A DNA stretch of 64,000 nucleotides from Squalus acanthias. Taxonomy: Eukaryota. Shown here piece after piece: positions 33,801 through 42,689 of the stretch. The translations under genes were made by a program, and so were the position numbers. Below the pieces are notes generated by a model. It was not told where the DNA came from and did not search any database. It was given only the letters and a program-made list of their open reading frames with translations. The stretch spans positions 124,250,001-124,314,000 of the forward strand of contig CM059431.1 of assembly GCA_030390025.1 (NCBI GenBank), read 5' to 3'. How positions within the stretch are numbered: position 1 is the stretch's first letter; each line of letters starts with the position of its first letter.

Positions 33801-35400
33801 CTAATACCCTGGATGAATAGACAACCGGCCTCAGCTTGCCGTGACGCTCTTGGAGCAGCACGGCGCTTAAGCTGTCTCCGCTGGCAGCTACCTCCAGGAA
33901 AAACTCCTTCCCCCCATCTATGGCCCCTAAGGCTGGCGCGGTCTGCAGATCCCTTTTTAACTTCTCGAAGGCTGCTTGGCAGCCCTCGTCCCAAAGCCAC
34001 TCCACCCCCTTATGGAGGAGTCGGAGGAGCGGCGCCGCTGTGGCCGCATAATCTTCGATAAAATCCCTGCAGTAACCGGTCAGTCCCAAGAAGGACCTCA
34101 CACCCCTTACGTTGTTGGGAATCGGTAATTCTTGCACCGACTCCCTCCTTGCTTTGTCTATGGCTCTTTCCCCAGCGCGTAGGGTCAGTCCCAGGAATTT
34201 TACTTCCTGCTGACCGATACGTGCTTTCTTTGGGTTTACTTTAAAACCCTTTCTCGCTAACAGCTCCAATAACTCGTCCAGTAGTGGTCCGTGCTCCTCC
34301 CTTGAGTCCGTAAATAGGAGCAAATCATCCACATACTGTACTATCTGATTGGGCTGACTAAACTCCTTTAAACTTCCTGCCATACACTGATGAAAAATAC
34401 TGGGGCTATTGTGGAAACCCTGTGGCAAACAGTTCCACGTGTACTGTTGCCCTTTAAACGTAAAGGCAAACTTGTACTGGTCCTCTCGCCGCAGCGGGAT
34501 GGACCAAAAACCGTTCGAGATATCCAGCACCGTGAACGTGGTCGCGGACGCTGGGATGCTCCCTATTAGGTCAGCAACTGCTGCTACTGTGGGCGCGCAG
34601 GCGGGAATGTTACTGTTAAGGACTCTGTAGTCCACCGTGGCTCTCCACGAATTATCCGGCTTCCTAACCGGCCATAATGGGGAGTTCACGTGTGTGGCTA
34701 TCGGCCTCAACACGCCCTGCTGCACCAAGGAAGACATTGCTGCCTCCATATCGGGTTCTGCTTCTTTGGGGAAGTTATACTGCTTTTGGGGTCGGGTCAT
34801 GGGGTCCCCATCTACGCTGACCTCAAACCCGACCACCCTCCCACAATCGTGCTTGTGGGTTGCAAACGCGTGCATATTATCTGTCACGTACGTTTGCATG
34901 TCCGTTGGGACATCTGCGACCATAAGCCTGAGGTCGTAGCCTCCGGATGGCTGTACGGTACACAGGACCCCTGTTTCTTCCTCCCCTTGAATTACCATTA
35001 CCTCGCCTTTTTCACCTTTAGCCCCCCAGAGACAGTGATTTCTGAGGTCCACGAGGATCCCGTGTCCCGCTAGGAGATCGGACCCGAGAATACCTCTTCC
35101 ACCCCCCTTTTGCCATGCCATCAGGATACACTTCCACTTAAGGCGAAGTGTCCCTAAACGAATGGATAGCGGGAGGGAAAACGTGCCAGCCTGTTCTTTC
35201 CCTGTGAACCCTGCTAGCGTGAATGGGACCTTGGTAGATAGCGGCGAGTCAAAAGGGTCATCTGTATGGATTATGGTGCAAGAAGCTCCCGTGTCCAACA
35301 AATAACTGCCCTTCTGTTTCTCTACCTCCATCTCCACCACAGGTCGCCTCCACGCATCATAGCTAAGCGGACACAGGTAGACGGGCTGTGCTGGTTCTAG
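30877..35400 (-). CDS. pol: Pol: protease, RT, degenerate RNase H (tether), active RNase H, integrase, long low-complexity tail; in frame with gag after a single UGA
   Basis: LLDTGA (~35290); LPQGF and YVDD (~34330); FFLEVAAS...RPVVYSSR; IYVDGS/AQQAEL/CSDS/HKVKAH/GNRQAD; HHCC; QIDYIG/SDQG/VERMN; GPY. Confidence 0.96.
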   Translation of the reverse strand, partial: LEPAQPVYLCPLSYDAWRRPVVEMEVEKQKGSYLLDTGASCTIIHTDDPFDSPLSTKVPFTLAGFTGKEQAGTFSLPLSIRLGTLRLKWKCILMAWQKGGGRGILGSDLLAGHGILVDLRNHCLWGAKGEKGEVMVIQGEEETGVLCTVQPSGGYDLRLMVADVPTDMQTYVTDNMHAFATHKHDCGRVVGFEVSVDGDPMTRPQKQYNFPKEAEPDMEAAMSSLVQQGVLRPIATHVNSPLWPVRKPDNSWRATVDYRVLNSNIPACAPTVAAVADLIGSIPASATTFTVLDISNGFWSIPLRREDQYKFAFTFKGQQYTWNCLPQGFHNSPSIFHQCMAGSLKEFSQPNQIVQYVDDLLLFTDSREEHGPLLDELLELLARKGFKVNPKKARIGQQEVKFLGLTLRAGERAIDKARRESVQELPIPNNVRGVRSFLGLTGYCRDFIEDYAATAAPLLRLLHKGVEWLWDEGCQAAFEKLKRDLQTAPALGAIDGGKEFFLEVAASGDSLSAVLLQERHGKLRPVVYSSRVLADVERSFSNCERHLLATHWAVKRSAIFTGLSPITLLTHHTPTKMLLDGRIKDGTVSSARIARWTLLLSQLDLRVKGLCEPRLAANLVYPGTAHRCSVEGVWDVNIGLRAGIHPTGREIYVDGSSTVSAGERLTGCGVYDPAADLALAIKLPSTMSAQQAELSAVVYVVTHPDIFPTPYTICSDSMFTCNSCTEYLAIWSRRGYTSADGRPLTVKPLLEKILAAAVGEEGEIFIHKVKAHSSTEPRGEGNRQADALAREGARDGIFWNPYRTGPIAAVRGGDGNTGNTRVALPLDLKTVQAQDPALKAVLKTIAEGRQVEGPYSTATLSVKEGMLFRGEQWVVPQQHRREFLQLAHEGPGAGHPGPEVTWQRVEQAGWWPGLREQVREFCANCLVCAANNPDPQKRKVPMGHVRRVEGPWQSIQIDYIGPLPTTQGGYKYCLVLVDVFSKWVEAFPCRTATALGTAKILVREVFSRWGLPRFVESDQGSHFTGQVMQNTLMLLGIEGKWHVAHNPQSSGIVERMNRTLKEKLRKETRNSPQKWAEVLPLVLMGVRASQSKSTGYSPHEVMTGRLMRTPTHVLAPVLTEGQLQEISRDKFAQTLLERLKQVYEQAAGNMGRQHQGNRLLLEPRKTREWEVGDQVMVRNYARVGSLEPLYMGPYNIVDKASPMVYAVKVPRRTKWFHINQCKLYQPGAQGKTTGVNPANGKTQPQVGPQGTQAGVAACIRGRDIPDDHAAFFWSWGLDDEEPRVPWSDEDSADEHSDDDGWFRRNGLGGLGPIGRDPHGVDTQAAGPEYRREELEEAGPAAIGAQRVPMWFPEVWPPALNVQSSGEAEITSEGPPAGPSRAEPRNASPGVREAESAEAESATVMEPQVVPLEVSEPGPSVTEPPPIATPRRSSREPQPRRMWSCPQTAPRRKFQVKITRVETGHIEAVTGCGRSEERVSAATGCGRSEGRVSALPPSGRARSSLLRI

Positions 35401-37212
35401 TCATGGGGCACTATTAGACGGTCCTGCGGCACCTACGGGGCCGGTTGCGACCGCCACCTGTCCACGCGCATTCAAAACCATCTTGCGCATGACTCCTAAC
35501 ACTGCTTCGAGGTCGTCGGGAGAGGTGGGTGCCTTTGCTTCCTTAGGCGGGACAGGCGCCTGGGCTCGGACCGCGGGATTTTTATCCTTGGAATCCTTCC
35601 AAGGGTTCCTGCAGTGCTTGCGCCAGTGCCCTGTCTTCCCACACCCGTAACAGGCATTACTTGCCTGTGGGGCGCGATTACCCTCCTGATGCCACTCTCT
35701 TTGAGCTGGGGCTGCGGGTCGTACCTCATGTACTCTTCCCTTAAAGGGACGTGTCGTCATACCCCTTATGTTACGGTAACCTAACGTGAGTCGATTCAAG
35801 ACCGACTCTTCCGTAAGGTTGAGGTCATTGGGATCGAACCAGGCTTTTGCCTGCTCTCTAACGGCTGGTAAACTGTTGGCTATTATGCACCTAAGCCAAT
35901 GAATTAAAGCGGCGCCTTCCACATCTTCGCGCTCGGGCGCACCTAGACAGCTGCGCTCATATACTGGCCACAGCCTGTCGGCAAAAACCTTCGGGGGTTC
36001 TCCCTCCATCTGCACTGTCTGTCCTACTCTAGCAAACGGACCTCCGTCGTTCGCCCCCACTACTTCTAGGACCTCATTTTTCAATTCCTCATAACTTTTG
36101 TTTCCCCTCTTGCTCTCGCCTGAGAGACACTGAAGGACCGAGCTATCTAACGAGAACAGCAGCATTTTTGCTGTCTCCCCATCATCGCAGCCGTTGATGG
36201 CTGCGGCTTGCTCAACTTCCCTGAAATGTACGGAAGGGTCGTCTATCTCGGTCAGCTTCCTTACGTGGTTTATCATGGCTCTCAGCTGATGTGAACTGTG
36301 AGGCAACACCAGCTGTCCGAGGAGATCCCCCGGTTCTTCCCCACCGTTTCTGCTTGGGCCCCTTTTAATCCCCGTTACTGGATACAACGATCCCTTTTCT
36401 ACTTCCTTTTCAACGGGCTCTTTTGTTTCTTCCGTTGCTTCCTCCCTAACCCAGGTTTCTGAATAGCTGGGTGGCGCGGAGGGCGCAGTGGCTACTACTT
36501 CTTCTGCTTTACTTGGTGGGGAATTTCTAAATCTCTCATTTACTAGCGGCTGGCGCGCCGACGGATTAATAAGGCACACCATGCCGTTCGCATTATTCAC
36601 GGCCTTTTTGAGGCTCTCTATCTCTTTTTGGCAGGCGCTATGGTCGGCTCCCTGAAACTTATCCTCAAGGGCCAACTTATACGCCGACCTAACCCCCATT
36701 AAGCTCTCTTCTTGAGTTCTTATCTGGGCAGCTTGGCGGTTACATCTTTCCTTCATCCTACTCTCGTTCAATTTTGCTTCAGTGATCTGGCACTCGAGAT
36801 ACTCTACCCTTGTTTTAAGGTAACTGGAGACTTCCTGGCTTTCCTGGCGTAACTCATTTAAACTCTTAATGAGCACCTCCCCTCCAGAAACCTTCTCCTC
36901 CATTTCCTCCTCTAAATGCTTGATTCGAGCTGTTAGCGCTGTATTGGTCTGGTTTGAAATCTGAACCTGCCTTTTGTAGCACATAAGCCAGACTGCTTTC
37001 TCAACTGCCTTTTTATGCTCCTTACTATCAGTCCACCTTTCAGCTGCCTCTAATGGGCTCTTATCCGCTAACAATTCGCTTATCCACTTTTTAGTTAGAT
37101 TAACCTTTCCAAACACGTAATCCGCTATCTTTTCCTGCATCACATTTCGTACAGTCATTCCAAAATCTAACACACTACCCTCTCGCTGCCAGTGTCCTGC
37201 CGCGGTTGCCAT
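35401..37212 (-). CDS. gag: Gag (603 aa)
   Basis: Intact; CCHC knuckle; PSAPPSY; near-identical to 2034-3845. Confidence 0.94.
   Translation of the reverse strand: MATAAGHWQREGSVLDFGMTVRNVMQEKIADYVFGKVNLTKKWISELLADKSPLEAAERWTDSKEHKKAVEKAVWLMCYKRQVQISNQTNTALTARIKHLEEEMEEKVSGGEVLIKSLNELRQESQEVSSYLKTRVEYLECQITEAKLNESRMKERCNRQAAQIRTQEESLMGVRSAYKLALEDKFQGADHSACQKEIESLKKAVNNANGMVCLINPSARQPLVNERFRNSPPSKAEEVVATAPSAPPSYSETWVREEATEETKEPVEKEVEKGSLYPVTGIKRGPSRNGGEEPGDLLGQLVLPHSSHQLRAMINHVRKLTEIDDPSVHFREVEQAAAINGCDDGETAKMLLFSLDSSVLQCLSGESKRGNKSYEELKNEVLEVVGANDGGPFARVGQTVQMEGEPPKVFADRLWPVYERSCLGAPEREDVEGAALIHWLRCIIANSLPAVREQAKAWFDPNDLNLTEESVLNRLTLGYRNIRGMTTRPFKGRVHEVRPAAPAQREWHQEGNRAPQASNACYGCGKTGHWRKHCRNPWKDSKDKNPAVRAQAPVPPKEAKAPTSPDDLEAVLGVMRKMVLNARGQVAVATGPVGAAGPSNSAP
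37194..37211 (-). promoter_or_regulatory. Primer-binding site (tRNA-Arg-like) overlapping the gag ATG
   Basis: TGGCAACCGCGGCAGGAC after a 5-nt gap downstream of the 5' LTR end. Confidence 0.78.
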
Positions 37213-37216
37213 TTTC

Positions 37217-38861
37217 TGTAAGGGATTCTCTCCTGACCCTGCGTGTCTCGTAGCCTGTGAGATTCACGCGGCTCTGTGCAGCCTGTATGTCAGTGCGGGT
37301 CTAGGCCTGGTCTCCAGCCAGTCTGGGAACACTAGACACACCTGTGAGTGGTTCGAATCACTCTCCCTTACGGTTCTAGACACTGGACTTAGATGCGAGA
37401 GCAGTAATGGAGATAAAACTCATGTAGACTTGGTTTGAACGGTACGAAATGGAAAATCTTTATTGCATGATACTTAAAATTATGAAATACATGTCATACG
37501 CACAGATTAATGACAGTACAATCTTACAAACGGTTATAATCACTCTTAGGGAAACGAGGAACGAACGGCACAACGTAAATAGGGCACACATTACCAATAT
37601 CCTTAATCTTTACACCCTCCCCTATCAATATCTATCCTAAACTAGCTTCGTAGGATCTCGAGACTCATGCTCACCACTCGTAATAACTCGGAGAAATCCC
37701 GAATAGCTGATCGGATGTTTTTTACCGCAGCACCCACGTGTTGGTCAGGAGATCTCCTGGTCCCACTTGTTTACTGCTTCTGCTGCTCGGCCAGTCGGCT
37801 GGACCGTCCGCTGTAGTGAAGACCTCTGTTGGTTGACTTCACAGTTTAGTTGAGGAACACCGTTGTCAATATCACTGATACGATGTGTTTACACAGTCCA
37901 GTTATCATTGATGCAATATGTCTTGTTAAAGAAGAAAACTTCCTGTCGAGAAGACTTGGCTGATCGACCTACAGGCGCGGTCGGGATTTACTGACCGTGG
38001 CGATGGATAAGGTCTTCTTCTCTTCTCCTCTCATCTCATCTCATCTCATCTCGGGCCTTTGGTTCCGCTGCCAGTTACCAACATAGGTCTTCTTTACGCG
38101 ACACGAGGTAGATCCGAACGGATCAGAAAGTTCAACAGTCTTTTACACAGGAGCAGCCACGAGGTTACGAATCGACCGGATAAAACACAGGAGCAGCCAC
38201 GATGATAACAGCAGCAAGCGAGCAAGAGGCAAGAGTCAAGAGAGCGAATGGACGGTTTGGGGCCTGCAATTATAGTGCGAAAATCTTCCGTTTCCCGCCC
38301 AACTATAATGTCCATTCTTTTGTTTAAGGTTTGGCGCCCAAATGTCTTGTGTGGGTGATCTCCGTCCTTAATGGGTTTCGGGGCTACTCATGAATGTTTG
38401 AGTACCTGTTAATACTTCTCCCATTGTTAAATCGGTCGGTGTTCCCCCTGGAGGGGTTTGGGGCTTCCAAGTGTCCTGTATAACTACCTGCTAACGGCTC
38501 TCTCATCGTAGAGCCGTTGGGAGTTTGCATATTAATGTCCTTTGGATGGGCCCTTGATGGCTTTCCTTTGTACCTGGGAGACCGATTCCAGTATCGATGT
38601 TTATACTGTAAACCCATAATATCTCGTGTATTATCTTCACTGTGCTGAATCGTTATCGATCCTGCAAAAATGTTTAATGGAACGCCATCTTGTCTGCCTG
38701 TTGAAAAGTCTAGAATGTTCTGTCACGAGGTGCGGCGGCCATTTTACAGGCTGCTTGTGTCCAATTTAAACCTGACAGCATTCTGCTGAAATAAACGCTG
38801 TTTGAACGAAACTTTGTGTTTTCTCCTTATTAATCAAATCGTGATAATTGCGAATTCTACA
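37217..38861 (-). repeat. 5' LTR of provirus B (1645 bp)
   Basis: Reverse complement of TGTAGAATTCGC...ATCCCTTACA; followed by TSD CTTT. Confidence 0.97.
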
Positions 38862-39039
38862 CTTTCACCACTCACACCTCACAATCAGAGCTTCACTTCA
38901 CCCTCACAACCTTGCCACTGCTGCACCATTCACACCCACATCTCACACCTTGCACACACTGACAGCTATTCAACTATGGCAGGCACATCACCCAACACAT
39001 TGTACCACACTCACTCACACACTTCTTTTTCTCTTGCAG

Positions 39040-40650
39040 GCCAAGCTGGCACATAATCGCCGGGAGCAGCAGCAGACAGGCGGGGGCCAGGCGAACACGC
39101 GGCACTTCAGCCAGCTGGAGGAGTGAGTACTCCAGCTAATTGGGTGGCAAGTGGTAGAGGCCATGGCAACCAGCGAGGTTCAACCCCTTGGGGACAACAA
39201 CGGTATGTTTATTCATAATCCTCCTTCTCGCATTCCACTTCCCCTCCGCCCACAATCTTTTCTCACTTTCAAGCTACTCGTGCTGTATGCATGCATTTCT
39301 GGCCTCCCTCTGCCTCCCCTCACCATACCACAATTCTTGTGCCTTTCTGCTTTCTGATGATAAACAAGCACCCGAGCAGCCTGTCCCCAATGTCATCAAT
39401 GAGAGCAAGGGGGGAGAAGAAAAGGAGGAACTAGACACCATGTCACTGCATCTCTCACTCGCAGACACCAGCTCAGAAACTGGCACAACGCGAACTTTAG
39501 AGGCTGCTGTAGTAGCAGGATCTGCACTGGGCATGAGCGGGTTGCAGAAAGGCCAGAGGGAAAGGGTAGCTCGAGGGCCAGCTGCCTGTAGGGCGAGTTC
39601 GCGCGTGAGTTCTGCTGTACAGATGAGGACCTTGACGCAGAGGCCTTCAGAAGAAGGATGATGGGCATGCACACCAAGTTAATGGATGCAATGGCAAGCC
39701 TGCCAGAGAGAATCTTGCCAATCTCAAGGAGCGTGGAGGAATCCACCTCCAACATTGCACGGGGCTCTACGCAGAGCATGGAGCCCATGATTTCCAGCCT
39801 GGAAAAGATGGTACACTCCCAAAAAGACCATGTCGACCCAGACATGATGGCGAGCATGATGGGCAATGTCACAGCTTCCATTGCAGCACAGGCGGAAGCG
39901 ACCCAATGTCATAGTGCTGCAGCAGCTGGTCCGACTGCTCTCATGCAGTCTTTGCTTGGTGCCATCGAAACGCAGACTGCTCTCATACAGTCTCGGCATG
40001 ATGCCTCCCAAGCTCAGACCGCAGTCGTGCAGTTTCAGCTTGAGGCCACCCACGCTTAGACCGCTCTCGTGCAGTTTCAGCTTGAGGCCACCCACGCTTA
40101 GACCGCTCTCGTGCAGTTTCAGCTTGAGGCCACCCACGCTTAGACTGCTCTCGTGCAGTTTCAGCTTGAGGCCACCCACGCTTAGACTGCTCTCGTGCAG
40201 TTTCAGCTTGAAGCCACCCAAGCTCTTACTGCTGCTATTGTGGCAGGGTTTACGAGTGTCAAATAGGGCTTGCAGGGTGTCGCAGCAGGCCAGCAATCTG
40301 TGCTCCAACGGATTGCTAGGAATGCTGAGGTGCCGCCCCAGGGGAGTGGCAGTGATTCAGTGGAGCAGGAACCTGCTGCCCCGTCTCAAGATGACAGTAT
40401 TCCTGTTCCCACCTCTGCCATTGCCCTTGCCGGTGCCAGAGTGGCAATCAGCCAGCCAGCCCAGACTGCTGCCGCCCATGCCGAGGTGGTGCAGTCTACA
40501 GCCGGGCCTTCTAGAGCCAGAGCTGCTCGAGGTTGTCCTGCAAGACCATCTGAAGTCTCCCGCACAGAAACTCAGCGGCCTTCCACCAGCCCTGCTGCAG
40601 CCACTGGGGGAGTACTTCGTAGGAGCACTAGATTAGGAAAAGTCACATGA
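39040..40650 (+). pseudogene. Downstream exons of the Harbinger Myb/SANT-like accessory gene (disrupted)
   Basis: Fragmented ORFs (39188, 39658, 40270) homologous to the minus-strand fragments at 48977-50253; in-frame stops. Confidence 0.65.
40012..40221 (+). repeat. Tandem repeat, 5 x 42 bp
   Basis: Unit gct(c/t)agac(c/t)gctctcgtgcagtttcagcttgaggccacccac. Confidence 0.9.
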
Positions 40651-40899
40651 CAGGCAGACACTAAGGGATTGCACAAGGGTGATTAGTTAATATTTTTCAT
40701 GTAAATATGTGTGAATTGATTTGTGATAAATTTATTAATGTTGTTTGGAATCTTTTGTGGTGTCTCTCATTTCAGCTTTTGCACAGGAGCATGCTGTGAT
40801 ATTCCGTGAGACAGGGATGGTATGATGGAGATGTGGTGAGCAATGGGGATCTGGATTTTCATTCATTAGAATCGGAGTCTGATGGGTCGTTCACTGAGT

Positions 40900-41990
40900 G
40901 TCTGTCCAGAAGGACGATTGGCTGCCTGCCTCCTCCCTCCCTCTCTTCCTCTTGCTCCTCATCTTCATCCTCCCTCATCCTCATCCTGAGGTGGTGCCAC
41001 AATCCCTGGTTGGAAGAGCTGCGCCCTCATGATGGCCAAGTTGTGAAGCGTGCAGCAGACCACCACGAAATGGGACAGCCGCTCCGCTGAGTACTAGAGG
41101 GCTGTTCCCGAGCGGTCAAGGCAGCGGAACTGTTGCTTCAGTAGCCTGATGGTCTGCTCGATGGTGTTCCTGGTGGAAGCAATGCTCTCATTATATGAGT
41201 GCTGGGCACAAGTGTTGGGGTTGCAGAGGGCAGTAATGAGCCAGCTGGAGAGCAGATTCCCCTTGTCTCCGAGCAGCCACCCTCTAGTTTGCTGTGGTGG
41301 CTGGAAGATTGCTGGCACACTGGACTGATGCAAGATGAAGGCATCATGGCTGCTGCCAGGATGGCGGGCATTCACATTGAGGAATCGCTGTGTGTGGTTG
41401 TACACCACCTGCACATTAAGTGAGTGGTAGCCTTTGCGATTACGAAAGATCTCAAGATTGTTATGCGCCACCCATGTGTGTGCAGTCGCTGGCGCCCTGC
41501 AGCATGGGAAAGCCCGCTATCCTGGCAAAGCCACATGCGCGCATCCTGCTTCTCTCTGCTCAGAGAGAAGAGAACGTAGTCCCTTCCTTCTCCTGGTGTA
41601 GAGAGCCTCTGTGACCTCCCAGATGCAGCGATGGATGGCGAACTGTGAGATGTTAGCTATGTCTCCTGCTGCAGACTGGAAGGATCCGCTGGTGAAGAAA
41701 ATGAGGGCCATGGTGACCTTGACTGCCACTGAGGCTGCAGGTCTAGTTGCTGGAGGCGGCAGAGTTCTGTGACCACCTCCTTGGTGAAGCAGGGCCTCCG
41801 AATACACTGCTCCTCGCTTAAGTGGAGATAGGAACAGTGCTGTTGGAAGACCCTAGGTGGGTAAGGTCTCCTGTTGAGAGCCCTCCTGGTCCTCCTCCTC
41901 CTCCCTCTGCGCGCATGTTCCCGTCTTCCTCACTGCCTCCGCTCCCTCTTCCAAAGATCCTGGAACGCGAGGTCTACTAGTACAGCCCCC
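40900..41990 (-). pseudogene. Harbinger (HARBI1-like, DDE_Tnp_4) transposase pseudogene
   Basis: ALIFFTSGSFQ; FRNRKGYHSLNVQVV; ARHPGSSHDAFIL; WLLGDKG; RNTIEQTIRLLKQQFRCL; frameshifted. Confidence 0.88.
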
Positions 41991-42689
41991 ATGACTGTGA
42001 GCAAGTGTTGTGAGCAGAAGCCTTTAAAAAATACTGAAGGAGTTCTGCACTTGCAACAACACTCCCTTTTATCTTAGGCCTTTATGAATCCAAACACCCA
42101 TTTTTTATACATTTCTCTTACTCCCTCCACATGACAATTCTCTCAATTCTGCATTACATAATTAGATGAAATTTAAAATACAACTCCATATAAAGATAAT
42201 TTAATTGATTTATCCCTTATCAACAACTTCTGTTTTAACAAGTTTTTTCCGTAGACCAGTACAACTTCCAACTTTGTTACCTTATCGATAGTTTCACGCT
42301 TGTTACATATAATTGCTATTCCACCAAGTGAAGCTTTAATTATAAGTCTGTCTTTAATTCAGTACCCTTTTGTACCAGTCAACCCAGATGTTTTCCTTCG
42401 CAGAACTAACTGTTTTTTTCCTGCACTTGTTATCAACTGATTTAAATTCTCTGAAATATATGAATCAGTATGCTCTGAAATGTCTTCTAATTAGGTTTAC
42501 TAAAGTGACTAAACTGACCATTGCTTTAAGGACAGCCTTGGATCAATAGCCAGTGATACTTTAAATTGACTTAAACGTCCCTGCTTAACAGGCAAAGGCT
42601 AAAGGTTACCATTACTACAATATAAAAAGAAATCAATAGCAGTATAACATTAGAAGACTTCAGGATAGTCTGATTAACCCTTTCCTTCA

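Larger units (their letters stand above)
26171..38861 (-). mobile_element. Provirus B: full-length lokiretrovirus-like endogenous retroelement, LTR-gag-pol-env-LTR, 12691 bp
   Basis: Two 1645-bp LTRs; TSD CTTT (26167-26170 and 38862-38865); intact gag and pol; env with one nonsense codon. Confidence 0.96.
25561..42060. mobile_element. Degenerate Harbinger DNA transposon (Myb/SANT-like gene on +, transposase on -), interrupted by provirus B
   Basis: Myb exon ending QCRKKFNDLTR with donor gtgagt at 26061; acceptor ttgcag at 39039 then AKLAHNRREQQQTGGG; convergent HARBI1-like transposase at ~40900-41990; right boundary uncertain. Confidence 0.75.

Noticed and set aside
31124..35073. Multiple antisense ORFs opposite pol (up to 158 aa)
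   Set aside because: Expected shadow ORFs of a GC-rich coding region, with no independent motifs.
40012..40221. Regular repeat array as a possible CRISPR
   Set aside because: Head-to-tail tandem units with no unique spacers, no cas genes and a eukaryotic context.
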